Source: Pseudomonadota bacterium
GTDB taxonomy: Bacteria; Pseudomonadota; Gammaproteobacteria; UBA12402
Assembly (NCBI GenBank): GCA_038043025.1
Contig: JBBTCW010000006.1
Location: forward strand, 26,710 to 90,709
Direction of reading: 5' to 3'
Length of the DNA stretch: 64,000 nucleotides
How positions within the stretch are numbered: the stretch's first letter is position 1; every line of letters begins with the position of its first letter. The notes beneath the pieces are model-generated. The model ran no database searches. It was not told the DNA's origin and saw only the letters and a list, made by a program, of their open reading frames with translations. Position numbers and translations under genes: made by a program. Positions 18,504-28,290 of this stretch are shown here, one piece after another.

Positions 18504-19601
18504 ATGTTTAATAATGTGTATAAAAATCGTCGCGTTTTTGTTACGGGTCACACCGGGTTTAAAGGGAGCTGGTTAACGCAGTGGTTGTTAAATTTAGGGG
18601 CGGATATAGCCGGTTATTCTGTCGATATTCCCTCGCAACCCTCTTTGTATGAATTACTTCATTTAAAGGAAAAAATACGACAAGATTATAGGGACGATAT
18701 TAGAGATATTGATCGATTATCCCAGGCGATGGCGGATTTTCAGCCGGAAATTGTTTTTCATTTGGCGGCACAGCCAATTGTGCGTACATCGTTGGCAGAA
18801 CCCAAGTTAACATTTGATGTTAATTTAGGGGGAACAGTTAATATATTAGATGCGATACGTCATATTGATTCTATTGTTGCTGCAGTATTTATTACCAGCG
18901 ATAAATGTTATGAAAATGTAGAATGGGAATATGGTTATCGTGAAACAGATGTGTTGGGAGGAAAAGATCCTTATAGTGCATCGAAGGCGTGTGCTGAAAT
19001 GGCCATTAGTGCTTATGAGCGTTCGTTCTATCAAGATTCAAATCAGGCGCTGGTGTCAGCGCGAGCGGGTAATGTTATTGGCGGAGGAGACTGGGCTAAA
19101 GATCGCATTGTGCCTGATTGCATGCGTGCGTGGGCCAAAGGAGAAACTGTCGAAGTGCGACGACCTACAGCCATTCGACCTTGGCAACATGTGCTAGATC
19201 CATTGGGCGGCTATTTGGATTTGGGTGCGCGGTTGTATGCAAAAGATAAAGATGTGATTGGCGAGGCGTTTAATTTTGGTCCGTTGTCAGAAACGTATTT
19301 AACGGTAGGCGAGTTAGTGAAAAGGTTGAGTAACGTTTGGGGCGAGTCTGCGCATTCAAAATTGTTTAATTGCGAAATGCAAAGTCGTGAGGCAGGTTTA
19401 TTGAAACTATGCTGTGATAAGGCGTTGGCGCGACTTAATTGGTCCGCCACCTTAAGTTTTTCTGAAGCGATCATGTTTACGGGAGAGTGGTATCGTGATT
19501 ATTATCGGTCTTCTAAAGAAAGCATGGTAGACATGACTAATGCTCAAATTGAAAAATATGTACATTTAGCAAAAGAGCGAGGTCGATTTTGGGCGCAATA
19601 G
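18504..19601 (+). CDS. rfbG: CDP-glucose 4,6-dehydratase
   Basis: N-terminus MFNNVYKNRRVFVTGHTGFKGSWLTQWL is diagnostic of CDP-glucose 4,6-dehydratases. YSASK YxxxK present. Start at the second ATG of the ORF. Confidence 0.8.
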   Translation: MFNNVYKNRRVFVTGHTGFKGSWLTQWLLNLGADIAGYSVDIPSQPSLYELLHLKEKIRQDYRDDIRDIDRLSQAMADFQPEIVFHLAAQPIVRTSLAEPKLTFDVNLGGTVNILDAIRHIDSIVAAVFITSDKCYENVEWEYGYRETDVLGGKDPYSASKACAEMAISAYERSFYQDSNQALVSARAGNVIGGGDWAKDRIVPDCMRAWAKGETVEVRRPTAIRPWQHVLDPLGGYLDLGARLYAKDKDVIGEAFNFGPLSETYLTVGELVKRLSNVWGESAHSKLFNCEMQSREAGLLKLCCDKALARLNWSATLSFSEAIMFTGEWYRDYYRSSKESMVDMTNAQIEKYVHLAKERGRFWAQ

Positions 19602-20059
19602 AAATAAATCAGCCCATGATCGATGGGGTCTATGTTACACCGCTTAAAAAATTTACGGATGAGCGGGGGATGGTGATGCATATATTGAGTGATATGCAAT
19701 TATCTACTGTTCGAGAAGTCTATGCATCGCTTATCAAAAGCACGGCGATCAAAGCCTGGAAGCGTCATCATAAGATGGTGCAACATTATGCCGTTCCGAT
19801 TGGTAAAATTAAATTAGTATTATTTGACAATCGTCTGAATTCTTCTACCCATAATAGGGTTCAGGAAATAGTGACAGGCATTGATTATTATGGTCTCATT
19901 CAAATTCCGCCCATGGTTTGGTATGGTTTTGAAAGTTTATCAGATGGAGATTCGTTGATTGTTAATGGCGCTTCTTTGCCACATGACCCAAATGAGGTTG
20001 ATTGCTTAGATAAAAATACTCGGGAAATTCCGTATGTATGGGGTGATAATTTAAATTGA
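19589..20059 (+). CDS. RmlC-like cupin NDP-sugar epimerase/isomerase (dTDP-4-dehydrorhamnose 3,5-epimerase family, short form)
   Basis: YVTPLKKFTDERGMVMHIL resembles the RmlC/FdtA cupin family. 156 aa, overlaps the rfbG stop. Confidence 0.5.
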   Translation: MGAIEINQPMIDGVYVTPLKKFTDERGMVMHILSDMQLSTVREVYASLIKSTAIKAWKRHHKMVQHYAVPIGKIKLVLFDNRLNSSTHNRVQEIVTGIDYYGLIQIPPMVWYGFESLSDGDSLIVNGASLPHDPNEVDCLDKNTREIPYVWGDNLN

Positions 20060-20084
20060 GAAATCTCCGCCGCTTGCGGCCGAG
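20051..20084. repeat. 34-bp dispersed hairpin repeat, copy 1 (TTAAATTGAGAAATCTCCGCCGCTTGCGGCCGAG)
   Basis: Near-identical copy at 50987-51020. Contains the imperfect hairpin CTCCGCCGC-ttg-CGGCcGAG. Begins at the stop codon of the upstream gene. Confidence 0.6.
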
Positions 20085-20195
20085 TTGTTGAAAAAATATA
20101 TCCAAGACCTAAGCTCGTAAATTTTACCGCTTTAAAATCGTGGGTTCCCGCTAGATGCTTGTCGGTGTTAATGGTTATTTGAGGGAGGGGAGTAA

Positions 20196-21884
20196 ATGAA
20201 GAACTGGTTACCTACGTTCCAGATGAACACTCGTAAGGGCGTGTTATTGCCGGTTTTTTATCTGTTTTTGGCGACATTGATATTTCATGGATTGACGCTG
20301 TTCAATAATGGAATTTTTTCGGATGGTTGGATAGGCTATATAATATTTATTGAGCATAATTTTGTTTGGATGAAAGCGGTTGACTCTGCAATGGGATTGC
20401 CCATTGACTATTATATTGATTGGGTTTCAATGTTGTTAGGATATGGGTTCATTATTAATTTGACTGGGTTTTTATCTGTTTTTATCGCTTCTTTATGTGT
20501 TTATTTGTCTTTGAGATTATTCAAGTCAATATCGTCTTCAATTGCCTTATTGGCTGCTTACGTTGTTATTATTTACCCGGGGGCGCTAACGACATTTTTT
20601 GGAGATGTGAATAATAATCATGTTTGTTATATATTGTTTTTTGTGGCGAGCTATTTTGGGCTTAAAAGTCAATCCATTGGTCAGTATAATATTTTTTCTA
20701 TCGCGCTGAGAGTTGGCAGCCTGTTGCTTTTTTTTATTAGTTTTTTCTTAAAATCTTTGCTTTGTTATTATGCTGTTTTTTTTGCGGCGCTGTATTGCTT
20801 GTCAATTCGAGATCAAAAAATCTTGTCGTTTAGAGCAAATATGAAATTTTTACTGCGAACATTAGATTTCTTTATTCTGCCGTTTTTGTTTTTTGTAATA
20901 GTGAGCGTTTTTTTTCCGGCTCATGGTGTTTATGCGGGGTATAATACGATTGCGTTTCCGGGATATTTTCTTTTTATTTATTGGCATTTACACTCGTTTT
21001 TTAATATTATTTTCTTTTCATGGGTTGTTGATTGTCTGTATGTGTTGTTTTTAATAGCGGGCGTTGTATGGGTGCTGCTTAAGCAAATACCCGTTTCGGT
21101 AATAATGAATTTAATGAAAAGACCATTAACCGATAAATGGTTTTTTCCCTACGGCGTGCTTTTGATTGTTGGTTTTGTGGCGTTGTGGATGGCCGTATTT
21201 CCCTATATTATGGTGCATATCGTGGTTGATAGTACGCGGGCAATAGGGACGTCCCATTATTCACTTTTGGTGCCCAGCGCAATGGCGATATTATTTGCAG
21301 GTATTTGGGGGTTGTGGTTTCAAAATAGTGATGGGCGGATTACTTCTGTTGGAAAAATTATATTTGTCGCATTGGCATTAGTATATGGCATTTTTTGGTA
21401 TCGAGGTTATTTACAATTGAGTGCTGAATCTGCCTTACAAAAAACCTTGATAAAACAATTTCAGAAGCATCCCGGCTGGGGAAATTATTCGATTTATTGG
21501 ATTCGGATATATTTTGACGGGGTACAACCCGTCTATAGCGGATATGAGTGGAGCGGTATCTTGAGTTATGTCTATGGCGGACATTCTCGATATGGTGAAT
21601 CATATAAATCGCGACAAACCTATAATTCAGTCTATTGGGACAAAACTTTTACGCCATTGGTTCGACAATTGTATAATATTGAAAAGTGGGATGAAAATGG
21701 CTGTCAAGCAACTATAAAAATTATTCCATTGAGCGAAGGTAAAAATCCCTATGTCATAGGAAGTTTATATTTATACTATAGGCTTTTAGATAAAAAACAA
21801 TTATCATCTTTTTTGGATCATTTGATGCAGGTAGAGGTTCGTCCCTATCAGTCTATAGAGGCAACACATTGTAAAAAAGTATAG
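20196..21884 (+). CDS. Polytopic integral membrane protein (candidate GT-C glycosyltransferase or O-antigen polymerase-like)
   Basis: 562 aa with many hydrophobic helices (FYLFLATLIFHGLTLF..., WVLLKQIPVSVIM...) and a hydrophilic C-terminal domain. No specific motif recognised. Confidence 0.4.
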   Translation: MKNWLPTFQMNTRKGVLLPVFYLFLATLIFHGLTLFNNGIFSDGWIGYIIFIEHNFVWMKAVDSAMGLPIDYYIDWVSMLLGYGFIINLTGFLSVFIASLCVYLSLRLFKSISSSIALLAAYVVIIYPGALTTFFGDVNNNHVCYILFFVASYFGLKSQSIGQYNIFSIALRVGSLLLFFISFFLKSLLCYYAVFFAALYCLSIRDQKILSFRANMKFLLRTLDFFILPFLFFVIVSVFFPAHGVYAGYNTIAFPGYFLFIYWHLHSFFNIIFFSWVVDCLYVLFLIAGVVWVLLKQIPVSVIMNLMKRPLTDKWFFPYGVLLIVGFVALWMAVFPYIMVHIVVDSTRAIGTSHYSLLVPSAMAILFAGIWGLWFQNSDGRITSVGKIIFVALALVYGIFWYRGYLQLSAESALQKTLIKQFQKHPGWGNYSIYWIRIYFDGVQPVYSGYEWSGILSYVYGGHSRYGESYKSRQTYNSVYWDKTFTPLVRQLYNIEKWDENGCQATIKIIPLSEGKNPYVIGSLYLYYRLLDKKQLSSFLDHLMQVEVRPYQSIEATHCKKV

Positions 21885-21909
21885 AGCCAGGTTATTTTGA
21901 GGTAGAATA

Positions 21910-23238
21910 ATGACTAAAGCAGATCAATTAAAACAAGAAATACTCGATAAAGTGGCGGAGTATTATCAGTATGCTTTTAATCAAGCGCCCAAGCAGAATC
22001 GCATCTCTTATGCGGGTCGTGTGTTTGATGAGCGGGAAATGTTGAATTTAGTGGACGCATCGCTAGAGTTTTGGTTGACGGAAGGGCGATACGCGCAAGC
22101 ATTTGAAAAGAAATTCTCTGGCTTTTTAAACGTTAAATATACCGCATTAGTTAATTCAGGTTCTTCGGCTAATTTGCTTGCCTTTGCAACGTTGACATCA
22201 CCTTTGTTAAAGGATCGACAAGTTTTACCAAAGGATGAAATCATTACGATTGCGGCTGGGTTTCCGACAACAGTGACCCCTATTATTCAATATGGCGCGA
22301 CACCTGTTTTTGTCGATGTTGTATTAGCCGATGGGACGTACAATGTTGATTGTGCGCAATTAGAACAGGCGTTGTCAAATAAAACTAAAGCAGTGATGTT
22401 GGCGCATACATTAGGGAATCCATTTGATTTATCAAAAGTATTGGGGTTTTGTCAGAAAAATAATCTATGGTTAATTGAAGATAATTGTGATGCGCTTGGC
22501 TCTAAATATAATGGAAAATATACAGGAACTTTTGGCGATATTGCTACTAGTAGTTTTTATCCGCCGCATCATATTACCATGGGCGAAGGCGGCGCGGTTT
22601 ATACGAATAATCCATTGCTAAATAAGATTATGCGTTCCATGCGTGATTGGGGGCGTGATTGCTATTGTCATTCAGGCAAAGATAATAGCTGTGGAAAGCG
22701 ATTTGGGCAGCAACATGGCGAGTTACCTTATGGGTATGATCATAAATACGTGTATTCACATTTTGGTTATAACCTCAAGGCGACTGATTTGCAGGCAGCG
22801 ATTGGTTGTGCGCAATTAGAAAAATTAGATGGCTTTATAAAACGGCGTCGAGAAAGTTGGCAATATTTGAGAGATGCGCTGTCGATGTTTGATAAATATT
22901 TTATTTTGCCTAATGCAACGCAGAAGAGTGAGCCAAGTTGGTTTGGTTTCTTGATGACGGTTAAAGAAAACGTCGGCTTTTCGCGCGCAGACATGGTGAC
23001 TCATTTAGAAGAACACAATATTCAAACGCGCATGTTGTTTGCAGGGAATTTAATTCGCCATCCTTGTTTTGATCAGCTGAGAGCAAAAGGAGTCGACTAT
23101 CGAGTGATCGGAAATTTAAAAAACACCGATGATATTATGAATAACACTTTCTGGATTGGCGTGTATCCGGGATTAGGTAAAGCGCAGCTGGATTATATGA
23201 TTCAAACGATTTCGCAATTTATCCAATCCATCCAATAG
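21910..23238 (+). CDS. rfbH: CDP-6-deoxy-D-xylo-4-hexulose-3-dehydrase (E1, DegT-fold PMP/[2Fe-2S] enzyme)
   Basis: 442-aa DegT-fold protein with a clustered cysteine motif WGRDCYCHSGKDNSCGKRFG, typical of the E1 iron-sulfur site. Size and N-terminus fit RfbH/DdhC. Confidence 0.7.
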   Translation: MTKADQLKQEILDKVAEYYQYAFNQAPKQNRISYAGRVFDEREMLNLVDASLEFWLTEGRYAQAFEKKFSGFLNVKYTALVNSGSSANLLAFATLTSPLLKDRQVLPKDEIITIAAGFPTTVTPIIQYGATPVFVDVVLADGTYNVDCAQLEQALSNKTKAVMLAHTLGNPFDLSKVLGFCQKNNLWLIEDNCDALGSKYNGKYTGTFGDIATSSFYPPHHITMGEGGAVYTNNPLLNKIMRSMRDWGRDCYCHSGKDNSCGKRFGQQHGELPYGYDHKYVYSHFGYNLKATDLQAAIGCAQLEKLDGFIKRRRESWQYLRDALSMFDKYFILPNATQKSEPSWFGFLMTVKENVGFSRADMVTHLEEHNIQTRMLFAGNLIRHPCFDQLRAKGVDYRVIGNLKNTDDIMNNTFWIGVYPGLGKAQLDYMIQTISQFIQSIQ

Positions 23239-24731
23239 GTCATTTTTGTTTTGCGCTGTTTATTTTCAAGTACTTTTTTATCTTGATAAAAGCTATCATC
23301 AGTATAATGCGTAGTAGATATTTCTTCGAAGATGGCGCCGTTGTTGGATTTAAAGTTATGATCTACGCCACGCTCAACGGTGACCATTTCGCCCGTGCTA
23401 ACTTCTTTGCTCGCGCCATCCAGCTCGACCGCCATATCGCCATAAAGCAGATGAAATGTTTCTTCTTTCTTTTTATGATGATGTACCGGGTGTTTTTGTC
23501 CGGGTAATAAAATAATTAATTTTTTACAGTATTCTCGGTTAATACAATTGATAATGGCGGCGCCATATTCTTCATAGCGATCAATGCCGTAATGGTGCGA
23601 GAGCTCAAGCTCCAGTTGGTTGGGCAAGGCTATTTTGCTGGCCGCCAATATTTTTGTAATTTTTTTGATGATGTTTACAACGGTTGTTCGTGAGTTTTTA
23701 ATAATGAGATCATTGTAAGTGATGGCGGTTTTTTCTGTTACATCATTTTGTAGCGTGTAATCAGTGTATTTTGAAAACTCATTAGAAACAAGTTGCGCGT
23801 CGATATTGGGTATGGCATAAAAGATATTATCGGTTGTTAATTTATCACCTTTTTTTAAGTTGGATTTTGCAAAAACCCCGCGCTTTAAACCGCGTAAATC
23901 ATTGCCTTCTTTTTCCGAGATGGCTCGCCGTTTGTGAGTGACGCCGCATATGTCATAAGTTTCTTTTGCTGCTTGTAGCCATTGCTCGATTTGTTCAGGG
24001 GTTGAAGAATAAGCGTTTAATTCGTAGCGATCTGTGGCTAAACCGACATGGCGTTCAAAAAGTCCAGCGCCTTTTGCAATGGCGATTTTAATGGGGTCGA
24101 AATTATTGGGTGCTTCATGGGTCGAAAAACCAATGGAAATTTTTGAATAACGGTTTCTGAAAAAATCAATTTGGTTGAGCTCTAAATCTTGATTGGGTGT
24201 TGGATAAGCGCCAATGCAATGCATGAGCGCAAATTCTTTTTTTCGATGTTCAAAGAATGAGACAACTTTGTCAATATCTTCAAGTGAGGCGCCGGCGGTT
24301 GATGCAATAATAGGTTTGCTGGTTTGCGCAATTTTTTCTAATAAGGGCCAGTCGGTAAAAGAGCAACTGGCGATTTTAATGATGTCAAAGTCATGTGCTT
24401 CAATTAAGTCCACAGAGTTCTCATCAAACGGCGTGCAAATGGCGGTAAATCCATTATTAACGATTTCATCTTTGAGCGATTTTAAGTCATCGCGGTCTAA
24501 ACGTGTTTCAGAAAATCGTTTAATATATTTAATATCTTGTCGATGTTTGTAGTCAGGATGAATGAAAGTATCGAGGTCGCGGTATTGTAGTTTAAAGCCA
24601 AATTTGAAGGGAAATTTATGTTTAATTTTTCCCAGTTGTTGAATAATGGCTTTTCCATGCGCAACATCACCCATATGGTTGTTGGCCATTTCGAAGATAA
24701 AGAGTTGGTGAAAAATATCTGACGATGACAT
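23202..24731 (-). CDS. NeuB-family PEP-condensing synthase fused to SAF and C-terminal cupin domains
   Basis: N-terminus IFEMANNHMGDVAHGKAIIQQL (NeuB-type); SAF-like FAKSNLKKGDKLTTDNIFYAIP; C-terminus HPVHHHKKKEETFHLLYGDMAVELDG (cupin). 3' end convergently overlaps rfbH by 37 nt. Confidence 0.55.
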   Translation of the reverse strand: MSSSDIFHQLFIFEMANNHMGDVAHGKAIIQQLGKIKHKFPFKFGFKLQYRDLDTFIHPDYKHRQDIKYIKRFSETRLDRDDLKSLKDEIVNNGFTAICTPFDENSVDLIEAHDFDIIKIASCSFTDWPLLEKIAQTSKPIIASTAGASLEDIDKVVSFFEHRKKEFALMHCIGAYPTPNQDLELNQIDFFRNRYSKISIGFSTHEAPNNFDPIKIAIAKGAGLFERHVGLATDRYELNAYSSTPEQIEQWLQAAKETYDICGVTHKRRAISEKEGNDLRGLKRGVFAKSNLKKGDKLTTDNIFYAIPNIDAQLVSNEFSKYTDYTLQNDVTEKTAITYNDLIIKNSRTTVVNIIKKITKILAASKIALPNQLELELSHHYGIDRYEEYGAAIINCINREYCKKLIILLPGQKHPVHHHKKKEETFHLLYGDMAVELDGASKEVSTGEMVTVERGVDHNFKSNNGAIFEEISTTHYTDDSFYQDKKVLENKQRKTKMTYWMDWINCEIV

Positions 24732-24910
24732 ATGAAAGATCTCTTCTGTAGTCGTATTAAAAGAGCCATTTTATATTCTTCCATCAAATAGTCAATTAAG
24801 GAGCGGTTCTGTTCGTTATTCAATTTTGTTTTTTTGTGATTGATATTTAGAACATTGTCTTGACAATGGCGCTATTTTTTTGTCCAATTTTATCTTTCTA
24901 AGGGTTTTTT

Positions 24911-26047
24911 ATGGCGATTACAGAATGCAGGGTTTGTGGTTATGGTTTTTTTGATGAGCCATTGCTGCAATATGCTAATATGCCAAAATCTGCTCAATTT
25001 TTACCCGTTGCGGCTTCTTTGAAAAATGATGAGGGTGTCGATCTAAATGTCTATCAATGCGCAGCTTGTGGTTTAGTGCAGTTGAATAGTCATCCAGTGC
25101 ATTATTACAGGGATGTCATACGTGCAGCCGCCTTTTCAGAGGAAATGAGAAAATTTCGATTGGATCAATTCGCTGGGTTTATCAAGCAGCACAATCTTGT
25201 TCAAAAAAAAGTCATCGAGATTGGGTGTGGGCGAGGGGAGTATTTATCACTTATTCGTGATTGTCATGTGGATGCTTATGGAATAGAAAATTCTGCAGCG
25301 TCAGTGGCATATTGCATTAAACATAAACTTAATGTTTTTCAAGACTTTATTGAGAGCAATGAACAGAAGGTTGCGCATGCTCCATTTGATGCGTTTTTGA
25401 TGTTAAGTTTTTTAGAACATCTGCCTCAGCCCAATGCGATACTTCAAGGAATATGCCGAAATTTGGCTGATGATGCCGTCGGGATTGTGGAAGTGCCAAA
25501 TTTTGATATGATTATTAAAAAGAAGCTTTTTTCTGAATTTATCAGTGATCACCTGTTTTATTTTACGCGAGATACGTTAATTGCGATCCTACAGTTAAAT
25601 GGATTTGACGTATTGGAATGTAAAAATGTGTGGTATGATTACATCCTTTCCGCAGTTGTCAAAAAACGAACACGTATGAGTTTGTCAGTGTTTTATAAAT
25701 CGCAAGAACAGTTGCAACAACGGGTTAGTGATTATCTGGATGGCTTTGGCGATCAAAAGGTAGCCATCTGGGGGGCGGGGCATCAGGCATTAGCGATGAT
25801 GTCTTTGATGCGCTTAGAAGATAGAATCAAATATGTGGTTGATTCTGCGCCGTTTAAGCAGGGCAAATATACCCCTGCCACGCATATCCCTATTGTGTCG
25901 CCTGAAATGTTGAATGTCGATCCTGTTGATGCGGTGATTGTAATGGCAGCCAGTTATTCAAATGAAGTTGTGCAAACATTGCGAAAAAATTTCAATAAAA
26001 ACTTAAATGTTGTTGTGTTAAAAGAGCATGATTTAGTAACAGCGTGA
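24911..26047 (+). CDS. NDP-hexose C-methyltransferase (TylC3-like; Zn-ribbon + SAM MTase + C-methyltransferase C-terminal domain)
   Basis: N-terminal Cys pairs CRVCG...CAACGLVQL typical of the TylC3 family zinc-binding domain. SAM motif VIEIGCGRGEY. C-terminal Rossmann-like IWGAGHQALAMMS. Confidence 0.65.
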   Translation: MAITECRVCGYGFFDEPLLQYANMPKSAQFLPVAASLKNDEGVDLNVYQCAACGLVQLNSHPVHYYRDVIRAAAFSEEMRKFRLDQFAGFIKQHNLVQKKVIEIGCGRGEYLSLIRDCHVDAYGIENSAASVAYCIKHKLNVFQDFIESNEQKVAHAPFDAFLMLSFLEHLPQPNAILQGICRNLADDAVGIVEVPNFDMIIKKKLFSEFISDHLFYFTRDTLIAILQLNGFDVLECKNVWYDYILSAVVKKRTRMSLSVFYKSQEQLQQRVSDYLDGFGDQKVAIWGAGHQALAMMSLMRLEDRIKYVVDSAPFKQGKYTPATHIPIVSPEMLNVDPVDAVIVMAASYSNEVVQTLRKNFNKNLNVVVLKEHDLVTA

Positions 26048-26103
26048 GATTTTTTAAAGAGAGAAATTTTCATTGCGTGTGGTTGAGTTGTTGAAAAATT
26101 AAT

Positions 26104-27216
26104 GTGAGGCATAAAGTGTTAGATCAAAATTTACGTCAGAGTGAAATAGAAAAGCGTAATCAATTACAACATAACAAGCCGCGTGTTTATGAGAAAATTA
26201 CACGGTTTAAAGATAAAGTTGAACGAGGAGAAAGTATTGCTATTATTCAATTTCAATATAATTATCAATGCAATTTTCGTTGTGAGCATTGTTCAATAAA
26301 AGGGTTTCAAGGCAAACAGGACAAGAGAAAATTTACGATAGAAGATGTAAAAAAGCTTTCATATGAGGCGGATGAAATGGGTTTGGCGCATTTGGTGATT
26401 ACGGGGGGGGAGCCGTTAATTTTTAAAGATTATGATGCATTGATAGCGGCTATTGATCCCAGCAAATTTTATATTAGTTCTGATACAAATGGTTGGTTTT
26501 TAGATGCTGAAAGAGCGCGTCATCTTAAAGAGATTGGCGTGGATAAAATTCAATTGAGTCTTGATAGCCTTGATGCGGATTCTCACGATGCGTTTAGAGG
26601 AGCGCCCGGATCACATGCGCGCGCGTTACGTGCGATTGATGCAGCGCAGAATGCTGGCTTAAATATTATTGTACAAACGGTTGTCACAAAGACCCGATTG
26701 CATACGGATGAATTTATTCGTTTTTTAGAGTTTTTAAATGCTAAAAATGTTGGCGTATTTGTGACTTATGCCAAACCTGTAGGCGCGTGGGAAGGGCATT
26801 TTGAAGAATTGGTTGATCTTGATGACATGGCTTATATGCGAGAGCTCGAGAAAAAACATAATGTATTTACGCATTTAACGCCGTCTTATGGATTGGATTT
26901 AGGTTGCTTAGCAGTTAAGCGAATGATTTCTGTTACACAATACGGTGATGTTTTGCCTTGCCCATATATTCATACATCGATAGGGAACGTATTTCAAGAG
27001 TCATTACAAAAGATTATTAATCGAGGGTTAAGTATTAAATATTTTGGCGAATATGTGGAGACTTGTTTGATCGCAGAAGATAGAAAATTTATCCATGATT
27101 ATGTGGTGAAAAAAATATATGGCAAGCCATTACCTGTTCCATATGATGAGGTGTTTGATGCGGAGAGCGATTATATAAAAGATAAGGTTGATGCGGCTTG
27201 GGTAGAGGTAGAGTAG
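26104..27216 (+). CDS. Radical SAM protein with SPASM/twitch-like C-terminal domain
   Basis: CNFRCEHC (CX3CX2C) and GGEPL motifs. C-terminal GDVLPCPY is SPASM-like. Apparent GTG start. Confidence 0.65.
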   Translation: MRHKVLDQNLRQSEIEKRNQLQHNKPRVYEKITRFKDKVERGESIAIIQFQYNYQCNFRCEHCSIKGFQGKQDKRKFTIEDVKKLSYEADEMGLAHLVITGGEPLIFKDYDALIAAIDPSKFYISSDTNGWFLDAERARHLKEIGVDKIQLSLDSLDADSHDAFRGAPGSHARALRAIDAAQNAGLNIIVQTVVTKTRLHTDEFIRFLEFLNAKNVGVFVTYAKPVGAWEGHFEELVDLDDMAYMRELEKKHNVFTHLTPSYGLDLGCLAVKRMISVTQYGDVLPCPYIHTSIGNVFQESLQKIINRGLSIKYFGEYVETCLIAEDRKFIHDYVVKKIYGKPLPVPYDEVFDAESDYIKDKVDAAWVEVE

Positions 27217-28286
27217 TGGAAAATTTAATAACGGTCATCGTTCCTGTTTATAATGCAGAGCAATATTTGCATCAGTGTTTGAGCAGCGTTGTGTGCCAGA
27301 CTTATCGCAATATAGAAGTGGTGCTGGTGGATGATGGATCCACCGATGGTGGCAGCAAAATATACAATGAATATGCGCTTGATGATAATCGAATTAAGAT
27401 AATTCGTACAGAAAATAATGGCCCCGCATCGGCCAGGAATCGGGCAATAAAAATTGCGCGTGGTGAATTTTTGTTTTTTCTTGATGCAGATGATTTTCTT
27501 GAACGAGATTCGCTAGCTGTATTGATTGAGTGGCATAAAGAAACGGGCGCTGATGTGATTATTGGTGGGTTCAATAAAATCAGAAATGACCATAGTGTTG
27601 TGCCTCAGAATATTTATTTAGATAAACAATTATTAGATTTATCGAGTGTTGCGCGGTATGCGATGCAATATTTGGAGAGACCTAATCGATTTTTGCTATT
27701 TGCCTATTCTTGGGGGAGGTTGTTTAAGACATCTATTGTGGAAGATAATAACATATTGTTTGATGCCGCGTTGCATACGTTTGAAGATGTAAAATTTAAT
27801 TTCGCATATTTACAATATGCAAAGAAAGTTTTTTATTCGGATAAGATTGTTTATAACCACTTAGCCCATGATAATTACGCATCGGCCACCATGGCAGTGT
27901 GCGATAATCCAAAAAAATTATTGGGATACCAACAGGCATTGAACGGCATAGAAGATTTCTTGAAAAGTCAGGGCGTTAATGAGGGCGTTAGAAAACAAAA
28001 AATGGGGCATGCATATATTTATTTAACTATTATTCAGTTAGTCCGTCTATGCGGGCAAATTACGACGCATAACCGGGGAAATATTTTTTTGCTGGTCAAG
28101 CAAGTGATTAATGATCCGCTGCTTCAGGTATATTTGCCCTGTTATTCTCCGTCTGGAAAAGATAGTCGAGTGCTTCCTGCATTAATGAAGTTAAAATTGA
28201 CATCGGCAATTATATGGCTTTGCCAATATAAGGCACAGAAAAGATATCAGAAAGCGGGTGTTGTTGGTACATGTGAGCGAAGGTAA
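27198..28286 (+). CDS. Glycosyltransferase family 2
   Basis: VIVPVYNAEQYL...VVLVDDGSTDG and LDADD (DXD) motifs. Confidence 0.7.
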   Translation: MGRGRVVENLITVIVPVYNAEQYLHQCLSSVVCQTYRNIEVVLVDDGSTDGGSKIYNEYALDDNRIKIIRTENNGPASARNRAIKIARGEFLFFLDADDFLERDSLAVLIEWHKETGADVIIGGFNKIRNDHSVVPQNIYLDKQLLDLSSVARYAMQYLERPNRFLLFAYSWGRLFKTSIVEDNNILFDAALHTFEDVKFNFAYLQYAKKVFYSDKIVYNHLAHDNYASATMAVCDNPKKLLGYQQALNGIEDFLKSQGVNEGVRKQKMGHAYIYLTIIQLVRLCGQITTHNRGNIFLLVKQVINDPLLQVYLPCYSPSGKDSRVLPALMKLKLTSAIIWLCQYKAQKRYQKAGVVGTCERR

Positions 28287-28290
28287 GTCG

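Noticed and set aside
20051-20095. The 34-bp repeat as a canonical rho-independent terminator.
   Set aside because: The hairpin is not followed by a U-run on either strand (ttgttgaaaaaa downstream). It is therefore reported as a repeat element rather than a terminator.
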